A program made the translations under genes and the position numbers. A stretch of 64,000 bases of DNA from Burkholderiales bacterium (GTDB lineage: Bacteria > Pseudomonadota > Gammaproteobacteria > Burkholderiales > SG8-39), in assembly GCA_035310985.1 (NCBI GenBank), contig DATGDH010000072.1:41568-105567 (forward strand), read 5' to 3'. Positions 46,220 to 55,052 of this stretch are shown piece after piece (position 1 is the stretch's first letter; every line of letters begins with the position of its first letter). The notes under the pieces are model-generated. The model saw nothing but the letters and a program-made list of their open reading frames with translations. It was not told the DNA's origin and made no database searches.

Positions 46220-47590
46220 TCAGTGCGCCGCGAAGTCCGACTGGCGCCACTTCATCACCTGGTAGCGCCAGACATTGCACTGGACGAGCCGGGTGTCGGC
46301 GGGCAGGCCCGCCTTGTGCTTGAGCTCCTCGATGAAGCGGCGCCGGTCGGGCAGGCTCTCCCACACCTGGGGCAGGAAGGTGCCACGCCGCGCCCCTTGC
46401 TCGAGGATCACGCCGTCCACGCCCGGGCGCAGCTTGACCAGCAGGTCGACTTCGTCGGAGAAGGGCACGCGCTCGGGCGCCGTGAGCAGCGACACCTCGG
46501 CCTCGACGCACGGCCATTCGTGCGCCGCGAGCGGCGCGAAGCGCGGGTCGCGGAACGCGGCGTTCTCGGCGTTCGCGGCGACGTCGACCCCGAGCGGCCG
46601 ATGCGCCTGCAGGCTGCCGATGCAGCCGCGCAGCGCTCCGTCCATGGTAAGCGTGACGAAGGTGGCGCCGAGCTGCGCAAGCCAGGCGGGACGATCGAGG
46701 CGTGGCGGCTCGGCGGCCTGGCCGAGACGGTGCCCGATCGCGCCGCGCGCGATGCCGACCAGCGTGCGCCCCGCCTCTTCCCGCGACGCTTCTTCCCCCT
46801 CGTACAGCGCGAAAGCGGAGTAACCGACCACGCGCTGGCGGTCGCCGGCCGTGTCGCCCGAGTTGCACGCGGCGAGCGGCTTGATCGCCAGGCCCTTCGC
46901 GCCGGCCACCTGCAGCAGCCCGTTTAGCGGGGTCGCGCCGCAGGCCTCCTCGTGGCCGAGGTCGGTTGCGTACGAGGAGATTCGCGCGATGGTGGAGGCG
47001 TCGATGCGCTTGGCCTCGTCGTAGCGGTGGTAGTGAGACATGTCGGTGCTGACTACGACGAGCGTCTCGCCGCCGCCCCACAGGCGCTCGATCACTTCGG
47101 CCACCTCGGCGACGCTCGCCTGGCCGACCGCGAACGGCACCAGGGAGAACTGTCCGAGCGCGCGCTGCAGGAACGGCAGCTGGACCTCCAGCGAGTGCTC
47201 AAAGGCGTGCGCCGGCGTGCTGGTCACCACCTGCGGCATGCCGGAGAGCGCGGTGAGCGCCTCGCTGTCGATCGGAATGCGCCCCAGCGGTGTCTCGAAC
47301 TCGTCTGCGCCGGGCAGCGCCAGCCCGCGCACCGGGACCCGGTGCACCGGGCCGAGCAGCACGACCCGCTTCAGCGCGCCGCGCCCGGCGGCAAGCTCGG
47401 CGTAGGCGCGCGCCGCGACGGGGCCGGAATAGACATAGCCGGCGTGCGGCACGATCAGCGCCTTGGGGAAGCCGAAGCGCGGCGCGTCGCCTTCGGCCGC
47501 AGCCATCAGCTCGCCGACTTGGGCGGCGAGCACGCGCGCGTCACCAGGATAGAAGGCGCCTGCGACGGCGGCCGGGCGGACGATAGCCAT
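46220..47590 (-). CDS. fused AmmeMemoRadiSam system protein B (Memo-like) - protein A (AMMECR1 domain)
   Basis: N-terminal half has AGAFYPG, VPHAGYVYSG, HSLEVQLPFL and STDMSH (Memo). C-terminal half has FVTL...LRGCIGSL...GTFLPQVW (AMMECR1). ATG 47590 is preferred over TTG 47650, which would overlap cinA. Confidence 0.9.
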   Translation of the reverse strand: MAIVRPAAVAGAFYPGDARVLAAQVGELMAAAEGDAPRFGFPKALIVPHAGYVYSGPVAARAYAELAAGRGALKRVVLLGPVHRVPVRGLALPGADEFETPLGRIPIDSEALTALSGMPQVVTSTPAHAFEHSLEVQLPFLQRALGQFSLVPFAVGQASVAEVAEVIERLWGGGETLVVVSTDMSHYHRYDEAKRIDASTIARISSYATDLGHEEACGATPLNGLLQVAGAKGLAIKPLAACNSGDTAGDRQRVVGYSAFALYEGEEASREEAGRTLVGIARGAIGHRLGQAAEPPRLDRPAWLAQLGATFVTLTMDGALRGCIGSLQAHRPLGVDVAANAENAAFRDPRFAPLAAHEWPCVEAEVSLLTAPERVPFSDEVDLLVKLRPGVDGVILEQGARRGTFLPQVWESLPDRRRFIEELKHKAGLPADTRLVQCNVWRYQVMKWRQSDFAAH

Positions 47591-47624
47591 ATGGCGATGA
47601 ATATGGGGCCGGATGGCGGAACTT

Positions 47625-48131
47625 CTAGACCCGCGGAGCGGCCCCGTCAAGCCACTCGACGGCGCCCTGCAGCGCGCGCATCACCGACTGCCGCCGGACC
47701 TGCTCCCGATCGCCGCTGAAATGCCGCGTTTCACTGCGCACGGCACCGTCCTTCGATGCCCAGGCGAAGCAAACCATCCCCACCGGCTTGCCGGGCGTCC
47801 CGCCGCTCGGGCCCGCGACCCCCGTGATGGCGAGCGCGAGAGTGCCGCGGCTCGCCGCGAGCGCCCCGAGCGCCATCTCGCGCGCTGTCTCCTCGCTCAC
47901 CGCACCGTGGCGCTCGAGCGTCTCGCGGCGCACGCCGAGAAGCTCCTCCTTGGACGCGTTGGAATAGCTCACGAAGCCGCGCTCGAACCACTCCGAGCTG
48001 CCGGCGACCGCGGTGACAGACTGCGCGACCCAGCCCCCCGTGCACGACTCCGCGGTGACCAGCAGCTCGCGTGCCGCCTTGAGCCGGCCGCCAACGAGCA
48101 CCGCCAGGGTCATGAGTGCGTCGCTCGCCAT
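47625..48131 (-). CDS. CinA-family protein (C-terminal nicotinamide-nucleotide amidohydrolase-type domain)
   Basis: TAESCTGGW, GFVSYSN and ITGVAGPSGG motifs. Confidence 0.85.
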   Translation of the reverse strand: MASDALMTLAVLVGGRLKAARELLVTAESCTGGWVAQSVTAVAGSSEWFERGFVSYSNASKEELLGVRRETLERHGAVSEETAREMALGALAASRGTLALAITGVAGPSGGTPGKPVGMVCFAWASKDGAVRSETRHFSGDREQVRRQSVMRALQGAVEWLDGAAPRV

Positions 48132-48132
48132 G

Positions 48133-48624
48133 TCAGCCGAACACCCTCATGGCCACCGCGAGGACGAGCAGCGTATAGCCCGCGGCGAGGATGTCGTCGA
48201 ACATGACGCCGAAGCCGCGTTTGTATCGGCGCTCGAACTGGCGGATCGGCGGTGGCTTGAGGATGTCGAACATCCGGAAAAGCACGAACGCAGCGCCCTG
48301 CCACACAGCCTGTGCTGGCACCACCAGCAGCACCGCGAGGAACGCCACCAGCTCGTCCCACACCATCGCGCCGTGATCAGCCACGCCGAGGTGCCGCCCG
48401 GTGATCCCGCAAGCCCACACGCCGGCCCCAAACAACAGTACGACGATCGCGCCCAGCATGGCGGGCGGATAGCGGCCCGCGAGCAACCACCAGGCGGGAA
48501 ACGCGAGCAGAGTGCCGAAGGTCCCGGGCGCGACGCGCGCGAGGCCGACGCCGAAGCCGAACGCGATGAAGTGCGCGGGATGCGAGACGACGAAGCCCAG
48601 GCGCGGCCGCAGCACCGTCTTCAT
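48133..48624 (-). CDS. pgpA: phosphatidylglycerophosphatase A
   Basis: FGFGVGLARVAPGTFGTL, WDELV, DILKPPPI and DDILAAGY motifs. Confidence 0.9.
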   Translation of the reverse strand: MKTVLRPRLGFVVSHPAHFIAFGFGVGLARVAPGTFGTLLAFPAWWLLAGRYPPAMLGAIVVLLFGAGVWACGITGRHLGVADHGAMVWDELVAFLAVLLVVPAQAVWQGAAFVLFRMFDILKPPPIRQFERRYKRGFGVMFDDILAAGYTLLVLAVAMRVFG

Positions 48625-49577
48625 GACGCGAAGTGGTCGTAACCGCCGCCGCAGGGCATCGCCGCGCCGCGCGTGTCGAGCAGTACGAGCTTGTCGCCCG
48701 GCTGGATCGCCCCGACGCGCGTGATTGCGATGCCCAGACCCCCGCCAAGCGCCTGGATCTCGGTGCGGCTCGACTGCGCCGCGGTGAACAGCAGCTCGTA
48801 ATCGTCGCCGCCGGAGAGCACGCAGTCCCGCTCGAGCTGTTCGTCGCCCAAGCCCGCGAACTCGGGCGCCTTCGGCAGCCGCGCGTAGTGCGCCAGCGCG
48901 CCGACTCCCGAGCGCTCGAGCACGTGGCGCAGGTCGCCGGCGAAGCCGTCCGAGATATCGATCGCGCTGGTTGCGATGCCGCGCAGGCGCTCGCCGAGCT
49001 CGACGCGCGGCTCGGGTTCATCTAGCCGCCTGCCGACCGATGCGGCCTGCGCCGCGCCCAGCGTTGCTCGCCCGGCGCGTGCCGCGAGCGCGAGCGCCGC
49101 GCCGCCGAGAGCGCCCGACACCCAGATGTCGTCGCCCGGCCGTGCGCCGGCCCGGAATAGCGCCAGCCCGTCCGGCACCTCGCCCAGGATGGTGATCGCA
49201 ATCGTGAGCGGCCCGCGCGTCGTGTCGCCGCCAATCAGGTCGACGGAGAAACGGTCGGCCAGCGCGAATAGCCCTCGCGTGAAGCCTGCGAGCCAGTTCT
49301 CGTCGGCCGCGGGCAGCGCGATCGCGAGCAGCGCCCAGCGCGGCGTAGCGCCCATCGCCGCCATGTCCGACAGGTTCACCGCGAGCGCCTTGTGACCGAG
49401 CGCGCGCGGGTCGGCGCCCGCGGCGAAATGCCGGCCTTCGATCAGCATGTCCGTCGAGACCGCGAGCTCCATGCCCGGGCCGGGACGTACCAGCGCAGCG
49501 TCGTCCCCCACGCCGAGCAGCGCGCCGCGGGCCGGGCGGTCGAAATAGCGCGCGATGAGCTCGAACTCGGATGGCAT
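48621..49577 (-). CDS. thiL: thiamine-monophosphate kinase
   Basis: SEFELI, GDDAAL, STDMLIEGRHF, GGDTTRG, and DISDG in its C-terminal domain. Confidence 0.9.
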   Translation of the reverse strand: MPSEFELIARYFDRPARGALLGVGDDAALVRPGPGMELAVSTDMLIEGRHFAAGADPRALGHKALAVNLSDMAAMGATPRWALLAIALPAADENWLAGFTRGLFALADRFSVDLIGGDTTRGPLTIAITILGEVPDGLALFRAGARPGDDIWVSGALGGAALALAARAGRATLGAAQAASVGRRLDEPEPRVELGERLRGIATSAIDISDGFAGDLRHVLERSGVGALAHYARLPKAPEFAGLGDEQLERDCVLSGGDDYELLFTAAQSSRTEIQALGGGLGIAITRVGAIQPGDKLVLLDTRGAAMPCGGGYDHFAS

Positions 49578-49615
49578 GACCGTGCCAGTGTAGCGCCGGC
49601 CGCGTGCGGTCGCGC

Positions 49616-50056
49616 TCAGGCCGTTTGCTTGGCGCGGGCGACTTCCTCTGGCCGCAGGCGCTCGGCGAGCTTCTCCAGCACGCCGTTTACGAAGCGATGG
49701 CCTTCCGTGCCGCCAAAACTCTTGCCGAGCTCGATCGCCTCGTTCAGGACCACCTTGAACGGCGTCTCGGGCAGTGCCGACAGTTCGTAGGCGCCAATGT
49801 ACAGGATCGCCCGCTCGACCGGGGAGAGTTGAGCGAAGCTCCGCCCGGCGATGAACGGCGCGAGCATCGCTTCGAGCTCGGCGGCGCGGCTCACGACGCC
49901 GCCCACCAGCTCCTGCGCGAACGCGCGATCGCTGCGCTCGAAGCCCTCGAGGTCCTTGGCTTGCTCGATCACCTCGGCCGACGCGCCCCCTGCCAGCTGC
50001 CAGGCGTACAGCGCCTGCAGGGCGATCTCTCGCGCGCGACGCCTCGAGCTCTTCAT
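49616..50056 (-). CDS. nusB: transcription antitermination factor NusB
   Basis: [25 protein letters not shown] and [11 protein letters not shown]...FVNGVL motifs. ATGA overlap with ribH. Confidence 0.9.
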   Translation of the reverse strand: MKSSRRRAREIALQALYAWQLAGGASAEVIEQAKDLEGFERSDRAFAQELVGGVVSRAAELEAMLAPFIAGRSFAQLSPVERAILYIGAYELSALPETPFKVVLNEAIELGKSFGGTEGHRFVNGVLEKLAERLRPEEVARAKQTA

Positions 50057-50505
50057 CGCCAGCGCTCCGCGAGTTCCGTGCGCAGCCGCGCCATCTCGAT
50101 CGCGACGCGCACCGCTTCTGCGCCCTTTTCTGCGCGCGCGAGCGCCTGTGTCTCGTCCTGGGTAGTGAGGATGCCGTTCGCCACCGGTACGCCGAACTCG
50201 AGCGCCACGTCCATCACGCCGCGCGATGACTCGTTCGCGACGACTTCGAAATGATAGGTCTCGCCGCGGATCACCGCGCCGATCGCGACCAGCGCATCGT
50301 AGCGCTCCGACTGCGCCAGCCACTGCAGCGCAAGGGGAATCTCGAGCGCCCCGGCAACGGTCACGCGCGTCACGTCTTCGGCGTGCACTCCGAGCCGCGC
50401 GAGCTCCGCGTCGGCGCGCTCGAGCAGCTTCGCCACGATCTCCTCGTTGAAGCGGCTGGCCACGATACCGATGCGCAGCCCCGCGCCGTCTAGCGCCGCG
50501 GCCAT
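50053..50505 (-). CDS. ribH: 6,7-dimethyl-8-ribityllumazine synthase
   Basis: [29 protein letters not shown] and VANGILT motifs. Confidence 0.95.
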   Translation of the reverse strand: MAAALDGAGLRIGIVASRFNEEIVAKLLERADAELARLGVHAEDVTRVTVAGALEIPLALQWLAQSERYDALVAIGAVIRGETYHFEVVANESSRGVMDVALEFGVPVANGILTTQDETQALARAEKGAEAVRVAIEMARLRTELAERWR

Positions 50506-50508
50506 CGC

Positions 50509-51642
50509 TCAGCCCCCGCGCCGGGGCAGCTCGGCGTAGCCGGTAACCTCGAGCCCGAAGCCCGTCATGCTCGGCATCTTGCGCGGCGCGGCCATGAGCC
50601 GCATCTTGCCGACGCCGAGATCGCGCAGGATCTGCGCGCCGATGCCGTAGGTACGCAAGTCCGTGCTGCGCGAATCGCGCCGCACAGGCCGCGCCTCGGC
50701 GCCCGGCATACGCAGGCTCGCCTCGAGCGCTTCGTCGTCCTGCGCGCAGTTGAGCAGAACGATGACGCCTGCGCTCGCCCGCGCGAGCGCCGACAGCGCC
50801 TCGGAAATGGTCCAGCTGTGGGTGCCGGGTCCCGCATCGAGCAAGTCGACGAGCGACAGCGGCTCGTGCACGCGCACCAGCGTTTCGCGCTCGGCGCGAA
50901 CTTCGCCGCGCACCAGGGCGAGATGCGTGCCGCCGGTGGGCAGATCGCGGTAGGCGACCATGCGGAAGCCGCCGTGGGCGGTCACGATGTCGCGCTCGAC
51001 ACTGCGTCGCACGAGCGACTCGGTTGCGCTGCGGTACTCGATCAGGTCGGCGATCGTGCCGATCTTCAGCCCGTGCGCGGAGGCGAAAACGACCAGCTGC
51101 GGCAGGCGCGCCATGCTTCCGTCGTCATGCATGACCTCGCAGATCACGGCCGCCGGCGTGAGGCCAGCGAGCTGCGCGAGATCGCAGCCCGCCTCGGTGT
51201 GCCCGGCGCGCACCAGCACGCCACCGGGCTGCGCAACGACCGGGAAGATGTGCCCCGGCTGCACGATGTCCGCCGGCTTGGCGTCTCTCGCGACCGCCGC
51301 GCGGACGGTGCGCGCGCGGTCGTGCGCCGAGATGCCGGTGCTCACCCCTTCGGCGGCCTCGATCGATACGGTGAAGTTGGTGCCCATCGGCGAGCGGTTG
51401 TCGCGCACCATCGGCGGCAGGTTGAGCTGCCGGCGGCGCTCTTCCGTCAGCGTCAGGCACACCAGGCCACGCGCGTGCTTGGCCATGAAGTTGATCGCCT
51501 CGGGCGTGACATGCTCGGCGGCGATGACGAGATCGCCCTCGTTTTCCCGGTCCTCCTCATCGACCAGGATGACCATGCGCCCGGACCTGATGTCCGCGAC
51601 GATCTCGGCCGTCGGGCTGATGGCGGTGGTTTCGCGACGCAT
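50509..51642 (-). CDS. ribB: 3,4-dihydroxy-2-butanone-4-phosphate synthase with degenerate GTP-cyclohydrolase-II-like C-terminal domain (RibBX-type)
   Basis: The N-terminal half has DEEDRENEGDL, TVSIEA, PGHIFP and GHTEAG (DHBP synthase). The C-terminal half aligns to RibA but reads VRVHEPLSLVDLLDAG where the zinc Cys residues (SECLTGD...CDCG) should be. Confidence 0.85.
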   Translation of the reverse strand: MRRETTAISPTAEIVADIRSGRMVILVDEEDRENEGDLVIAAEHVTPEAINFMAKHARGLVCLTLTEERRRQLNLPPMVRDNRSPMGTNFTVSIEAAEGVSTGISAHDRARTVRAAVARDAKPADIVQPGHIFPVVAQPGGVLVRAGHTEAGCDLAQLAGLTPAAVICEVMHDDGSMARLPQLVVFASAHGLKIGTIADLIEYRSATESLVRRSVERDIVTAHGGFRMVAYRDLPTGGTHLALVRGEVRAERETLVRVHEPLSLVDLLDAGPGTHSWTISEALSALARASAGVIVLLNCAQDDEALEASLRMPGAEARPVRRDSRSTDLRTYGIGAQILRDLGVGKMRLMAAPRKMPSMTGFGLEVTGYAELPRRGG

Positions 51643-51648
51643 GCCTGG

Positions 51649-51654
51649 ATTATA
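51649..51654 (-). promoter_or_regulatory. TATAAT hexamer (minus strand) 6 nt upstream of the ribB(X) ATG (possible leaderless start)
   Basis: Minus strand reads CCCTATAAT-CCAGGC-ATG, located between the rplS terminator and the ribB ATG. No SD and no good -35. Confidence 0.3.
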
Positions 51655-51669
51655 GGGCGGGCGACAGAC

Positions 51670-51692
51670 AAAAAAGGGGCGCCGGACGCCCC
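51670..51692 (-). terminator. intrinsic terminator after rplS
   Basis: Minus strand GGGGCG-UCCGG-CGCCCC followed by UUUUUU, 25 nt downstream of the rplS stop. Confidence 0.65.
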
Positions 51693-51717
51693 TCTCTCGC
51701 ACTGGCTTCGCCGCCGC

Positions 51718-52095
51718 TCACTCCCCCTGCGCGCTCTCCGCGGCGCCGGTCCTTTCGCGGATGCGCGCCGACTTTCCCGAGCGCGCGCGCAGGTAATACA
51801 GCTTCGCGCGCCGCACCTCGCCCTTCCGCTTCACCTCGACCGACGCGATCAGCGGCGAGTAGGTCTGGAAGGTGCGCTCGACGCCCTCTCCCGAGGAAAT
51901 CTTGCGCACGATGAACGAGGAGTTCAGGCCGCGATTCCGCTTGGCGATCACCACCCCCTCGAAGGCCTGCACGCGCTTGCGCTCGCCCTCGACCACGTTC
52001 ACGTTGACCACCACCGTGTCGCCGGGCGAGAAATCGGGGATGTTCTTGCCAAGCCGCTTGATTTCTTCCTGCTCGATTTGCTGGATCAGGTTCAT
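51718..52095 (-). CDS. rplS: 50S ribosomal protein L19
   Basis: [11 protein letters not shown]...FSPGDTVVV...EGERKR.Q.FEGVVIA..NRGL.S.F.VRKIS.GEGVER.F is classic L19. Confidence 0.97.
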   Translation of the reverse strand: MNLIQQIEQEEIKRLGKNIPDFSPGDTVVVNVNVVEGERKRVQAFEGVVIAKRNRGLNSSFIVRKISSGEGVERTFQTYSPLIASVEVKRKGEVRRAKLYYLRARSGKSARIRERTGAAESAQGE

Positions 52096-52850
52096 GATCT
52101 CGCTCCGTTAGTCGTTTCGCGCTGGAATTCTTCCAGCAGTCCGCGTTCCTCGTCACTCATCTTGCGCGCCGCGAGCAGCTCCGGTCTTCTAAGCCAGGTC
52201 CGCCCCAGCGCCTGCTTCAATCTCCAGCGCCGGATCTTCTCGTGGTTGCCCGTGAGAAGCACCTCCGGCACCGTCTCGCCCGCGTACGTCTCCGGGCGCG
52301 TGTACTGCGGGCAGTCGAGCAGCCCCTGTACGAAGGACTCCTCGAGCGCCGAACACTGGTCGCCGAGCGCGCCGGGCAGCTGCCGTACCACGGCGTCGAT
52401 CAGCGCCATCGCCGCCAGCTCTCCGCCCGACAGCACGAAGTCTCCGAGCGACAGCTCCTCGTCGACGCACCGCGCCAGCAGCCGCTCGTCGACACCTTCG
52501 TAGCGGCCGCACAACAGCGTCAGCGCCCGCTCCCGCGACAGCGCGACCACTCTCCGGTGATCGAGCCGTCGGCCCTGCGGCGAAAGGAAGATCACCCTGC
52601 CCTTCGCCTCTCCCTGCGACGCAGCCACCGCGTCGAGGGTCTTTTCCAGCGGCTCGGCCAGCATCACCATGCCCGGCCCGCCCCCGTACGGCCGATCGTC
52701 GACCGTACGGTAATTGTCCGTCGTGAAATCGCGCGGATTCCACGTCTGCAGGCGCCACAGCCCTGCTTCCTGCGCACGCCGCGTGATGCCGTAATGCGTC
52801 ACTGCAGCGAACATCTCGGGGAACAAAGTTATCGCGTCGAAGCGAATCAC
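52092..52850 (-). CDS. trmD: tRNA (guanine37-N1)-methyltransferase
   Basis: [40 protein letters not shown] and [10 protein letters not shown] motifs. GTG 52850 (GTGA coupling with the rimM stop) best matches the family N-terminus; an alternative ATG is at 52865. Confidence 0.9.
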   Translation of the reverse strand: MIRFDAITLFPEMFAAVTHYGITRRAQEAGLWRLQTWNPRDFTTDNYRTVDDRPYGGGPGMVMLAEPLEKTLDAVAASQGEAKGRVIFLSPQGRRLDHRRVVALSRERALTLLCGRYEGVDERLLARCVDEELSLGDFVLSGGELAAMALIDAVVRQLPGALGDQCSALEESFVQGLLDCPQYTRPETYAGETVPEVLLTGNHEKIRRWRLKQALGRTWLRRPELLAARKMSDEERGLLEEFQRETTNGARS

Positions 52851-53350
52851 CACTCTGCGCCCCATTCGACCTCGATGCGCCTTCCCTCGAGGTCGACCTT
52901 CTTCACTACCGCAGGCAGGAACGGCACCAGTCGCGTGCTCCTGTCCCCGGTCAGCTCCATCACGTCGTGAGCCCCGTTGGAGAACAGCCCCTGCACCACG
53001 CCCAGCACCGACCCCTGGGCATTCACCACTTCCAGGCCGACCAGGTCGGCCCAGTAATATTGCCCCGCCTCGGGCTCGGGCAGCGCCGCGCGCGGAACCG
53101 ATACCGCCTTGCCCTTGAGCCGCAGGGCCTGCTCGCGTGTCCCGATGCCCGCGAGCCGGGCGAGCAGCGCGCCCGAGTGCACCTTGGTTTCTTCTACGCC
53201 GTAGTCTTCGGCACCAATGCGCCATTTCCGATGCGCCGCCAGCGCTTCGGGCTCGGCGCTATAGGGCCTGACCCGTATCAAGCCGCGCACGCCGTAGCTG
53301 CCGGCGACGCGGCCCATGTCTATCCAGCGCTCAGGCTGCCTTCTTGCCAA
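52847..53350 (-). CDS. rimM: ribosome maturation factor RimM
   Basis: [26 protein letters not shown] and a PRC-barrel C-terminus. The start is TTG 53350 (overlapping rpsP by 20 nt) or ATG 53317. Confidence 0.85.
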   Translation of the reverse strand: MARRQPERWIDMGRVAGSYGVRGLIRVRPYSAEPEALAAHRKWRIGAEDYGVEETKVHSGALLARLAGIGTREQALRLKGKAVSVPRAALPEPEAGQYYWADLVGLEVVNAQGSVLGVVQGLFSNGAHDVMELTGDRSTRLVPFLPAVVKKVDLEGRRIEVEWGAEW

Positions 53351-53582
53351 ACTGCTTGACCAGCCGCGTCACCGTCGGCGACAGCTTGGCGCCCTTGCCC
53401 TGCCAATGCTTGACCCGCTCGACGTTCACGCGCAGTGCCTCGCGCCCTTCCGGCGCCTTCGGATCGTAGAAGCCGACGCGCTCGATGAAGCGGCCGTCGC
53501 GCGCCCGCCGCGAGTCGGCCACCACCATGTGGTAGAAAGGCCGCTTGTTGGCGCCGCCACGCGCCAGTCGAATCACCACCAT
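53331..53582 (-). CDS. rpsP: 30S ribosomal protein S16
   Basis: [40 protein letters not shown] is classic S16. Confidence 0.97.
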   Translation of the reverse strand: MVVIRLARGGANKRPFYHMVVADSRRARDGRFIERVGFYDPKAPEGREALRVNVERVKHWQGKGAKLSPTVTRLVKQFGKKAA

Positions 53583-53615
53583 AGGGAGTTCCCGTGAGTC
53601 CGCGAAAAGGCGCGG

Positions 53616-53644
53616 ATTATACGGGAATAATCAGTGTCTTGGGA
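53616..53644 (-). promoter_or_regulatory. candidate promoter of the rpsP-rimM-trmD-rplS operon
   Basis: Minus strand TTCCCA, 18 nt, TATAAT (53621..53616), followed by a small CCGCG-CCUUUU-CGCGG hairpin in the 5' UTR. Confidence 0.4.
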
Positions 53645-53648
53645 AGCC

Positions 53649-54998
53649 TCAGCGCATGCCCGGCAGCACGCCCTTCATGCCGCGCATCATGCGCGCGAGG
53701 TTGCCGCCCTTCATCATCTTCATCATCTTCTGCATCTGCTCGAACTGGTTGAGCACACGGTTCACCTCCTGGACCGGCACGCCGGCCCCTGCGGCGATGC
53801 GCCGCTTGCGCGAGGCCTTGATCAGCTCCGGCCGGGCGCGCTCCTGCGGCGTCATCGAATTGATGATCCCTTCGATGCGCCGCATCTGCTTGCCGTCCTG
53901 AAGCTGCGCCGCGTTCACGGATCCCGCGATCTGCGCCGGCAGCTTGTCCATCACCGCCGCCAGCCCGCCCATCTTGTTCATCTGCTGGATCTGCGCCTTG
54001 AAATCCTCGAGATCGAAGCCCTTGCCCTTCTTGAGCTTCTCGGCGACGCGCTGCGCCTGCTCGAGATCGACGCCCTTGCGCGCCTCCTCGACCAGCGAAA
54101 CGATGTCGCCCATGCCGAGGATGCGCGAAGCCATGCGCTCGGGATGGAAGGGCTCCAGCGCGGCGAGCTTCTCGCCCACGCCAACGAACTTGATCGGCTT
54201 GCCGGTGACCTGGCGCACCGACAGCGCCGCGCCGCCGCGCGCGTCGCCATCGAGCTTGGTCAGGATCACGCCGGTAAGCGGGAGCCGCTCGCTGAACGCC
54301 CTCGCGACGTTTACCGCATCCTGGCCCTGCATCGCATCGACCACGAACAGCGTTTCCGCCGGCGAGAGCAGCGCGTGCAGCTCGGCGATCTCGCGCATCA
54401 TCGCTTCATCGATCGCCAGCCGCCCCGCGGTATCCACGAGCAGCACGTCGTAGTAGCGCGTCCGCGCATGCTCAAGCGCGCGCCGCGCGATATCGGCGGG
54501 ATTTTCGCCCGCGGACGTCGGCAGGAAATCGACCCCGGCCTGCGCCGCAACGGTCTTCAGCTGCTCGATCGCGGCCGGTCGGTACACGTCGCAGGAGACC
54601 ACGAGCGTCTTCTTGCGCTCCTCCTTCAGCACACGCGCCAGCTTGCCGGTGGTGGTGGTTTTCCCCGAGCCCTGCAGCCCGGCCATCAGGATCACGGCCG
54701 GGGGCTGGACCGCGAGCTCGAGCCCGACATTGGCCTCGCCCATCAGGCGCGTTAGCTCGTGGTGCACGACGCCGATCAGCGCCTGTCCGGGGGTCAGGCT
54801 GCCGATCACGTCTTCGCCGAGCGCCCTTTCGCGCACTGCAGCGATGAAATCCCTGACTACCGGCAGCGCGCAGTCGGCTTCGAGCAGCGCAATGCGCACC
54901 TCGCGCAAGGCTTCCTGGATATTCGCTTCCGTGAGGCGCGCTTCGCCGCGTATCGTCTTGACGATGCGGGCGAGCCGCGAGGTGAGGTTGTCTAGCAT
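53649..54998 (-). CDS. ffh: signal recognition particle protein Ffh
   Basis: MLDNLTSRL, GLQGSGKTTTTGKLA, DTAGRL, TKLDGDARGGAALS and a Met-rich M domain (MQKMMKMMKGG). Confidence 0.97.
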   Translation of the reverse strand: MLDNLTSRLARIVKTIRGEARLTEANIQEALREVRIALLEADCALPVVRDFIAAVRERALGEDVIGSLTPGQALIGVVHHELTRLMGEANVGLELAVQPPAVILMAGLQGSGKTTTTGKLARVLKEERKKTLVVSCDVYRPAAIEQLKTVAAQAGVDFLPTSAGENPADIARRALEHARTRYYDVLLVDTAGRLAIDEAMMREIAELHALLSPAETLFVVDAMQGQDAVNVARAFSERLPLTGVILTKLDGDARGGAALSVRQVTGKPIKFVGVGEKLAALEPFHPERMASRILGMGDIVSLVEEARKGVDLEQAQRVAEKLKKGKGFDLEDFKAQIQQMNKMGGLAAVMDKLPAQIAGSVNAAQLQDGKQMRRIEGIINSMTPQERARPELIKASRKRRIAAGAGVPVQEVNRVLNQFEQMQKMMKMMKGGNLARMMRGMKGVLPGMR

Positions 54999-55052
54999 GA
55001 ATGATGACGCACGCCGCGTCGGCAGTCGCGACGGCGGTGATAAACTGAATCG

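Noticed and set aside
51643-51717. FMN (RFN) riboswitch expected upstream of a riboflavin gene.
   Set aside because: The gap is only 75 nt, most of it occupied by the rplS terminator, and none of the conserved RFN helices or loops could be recognised.
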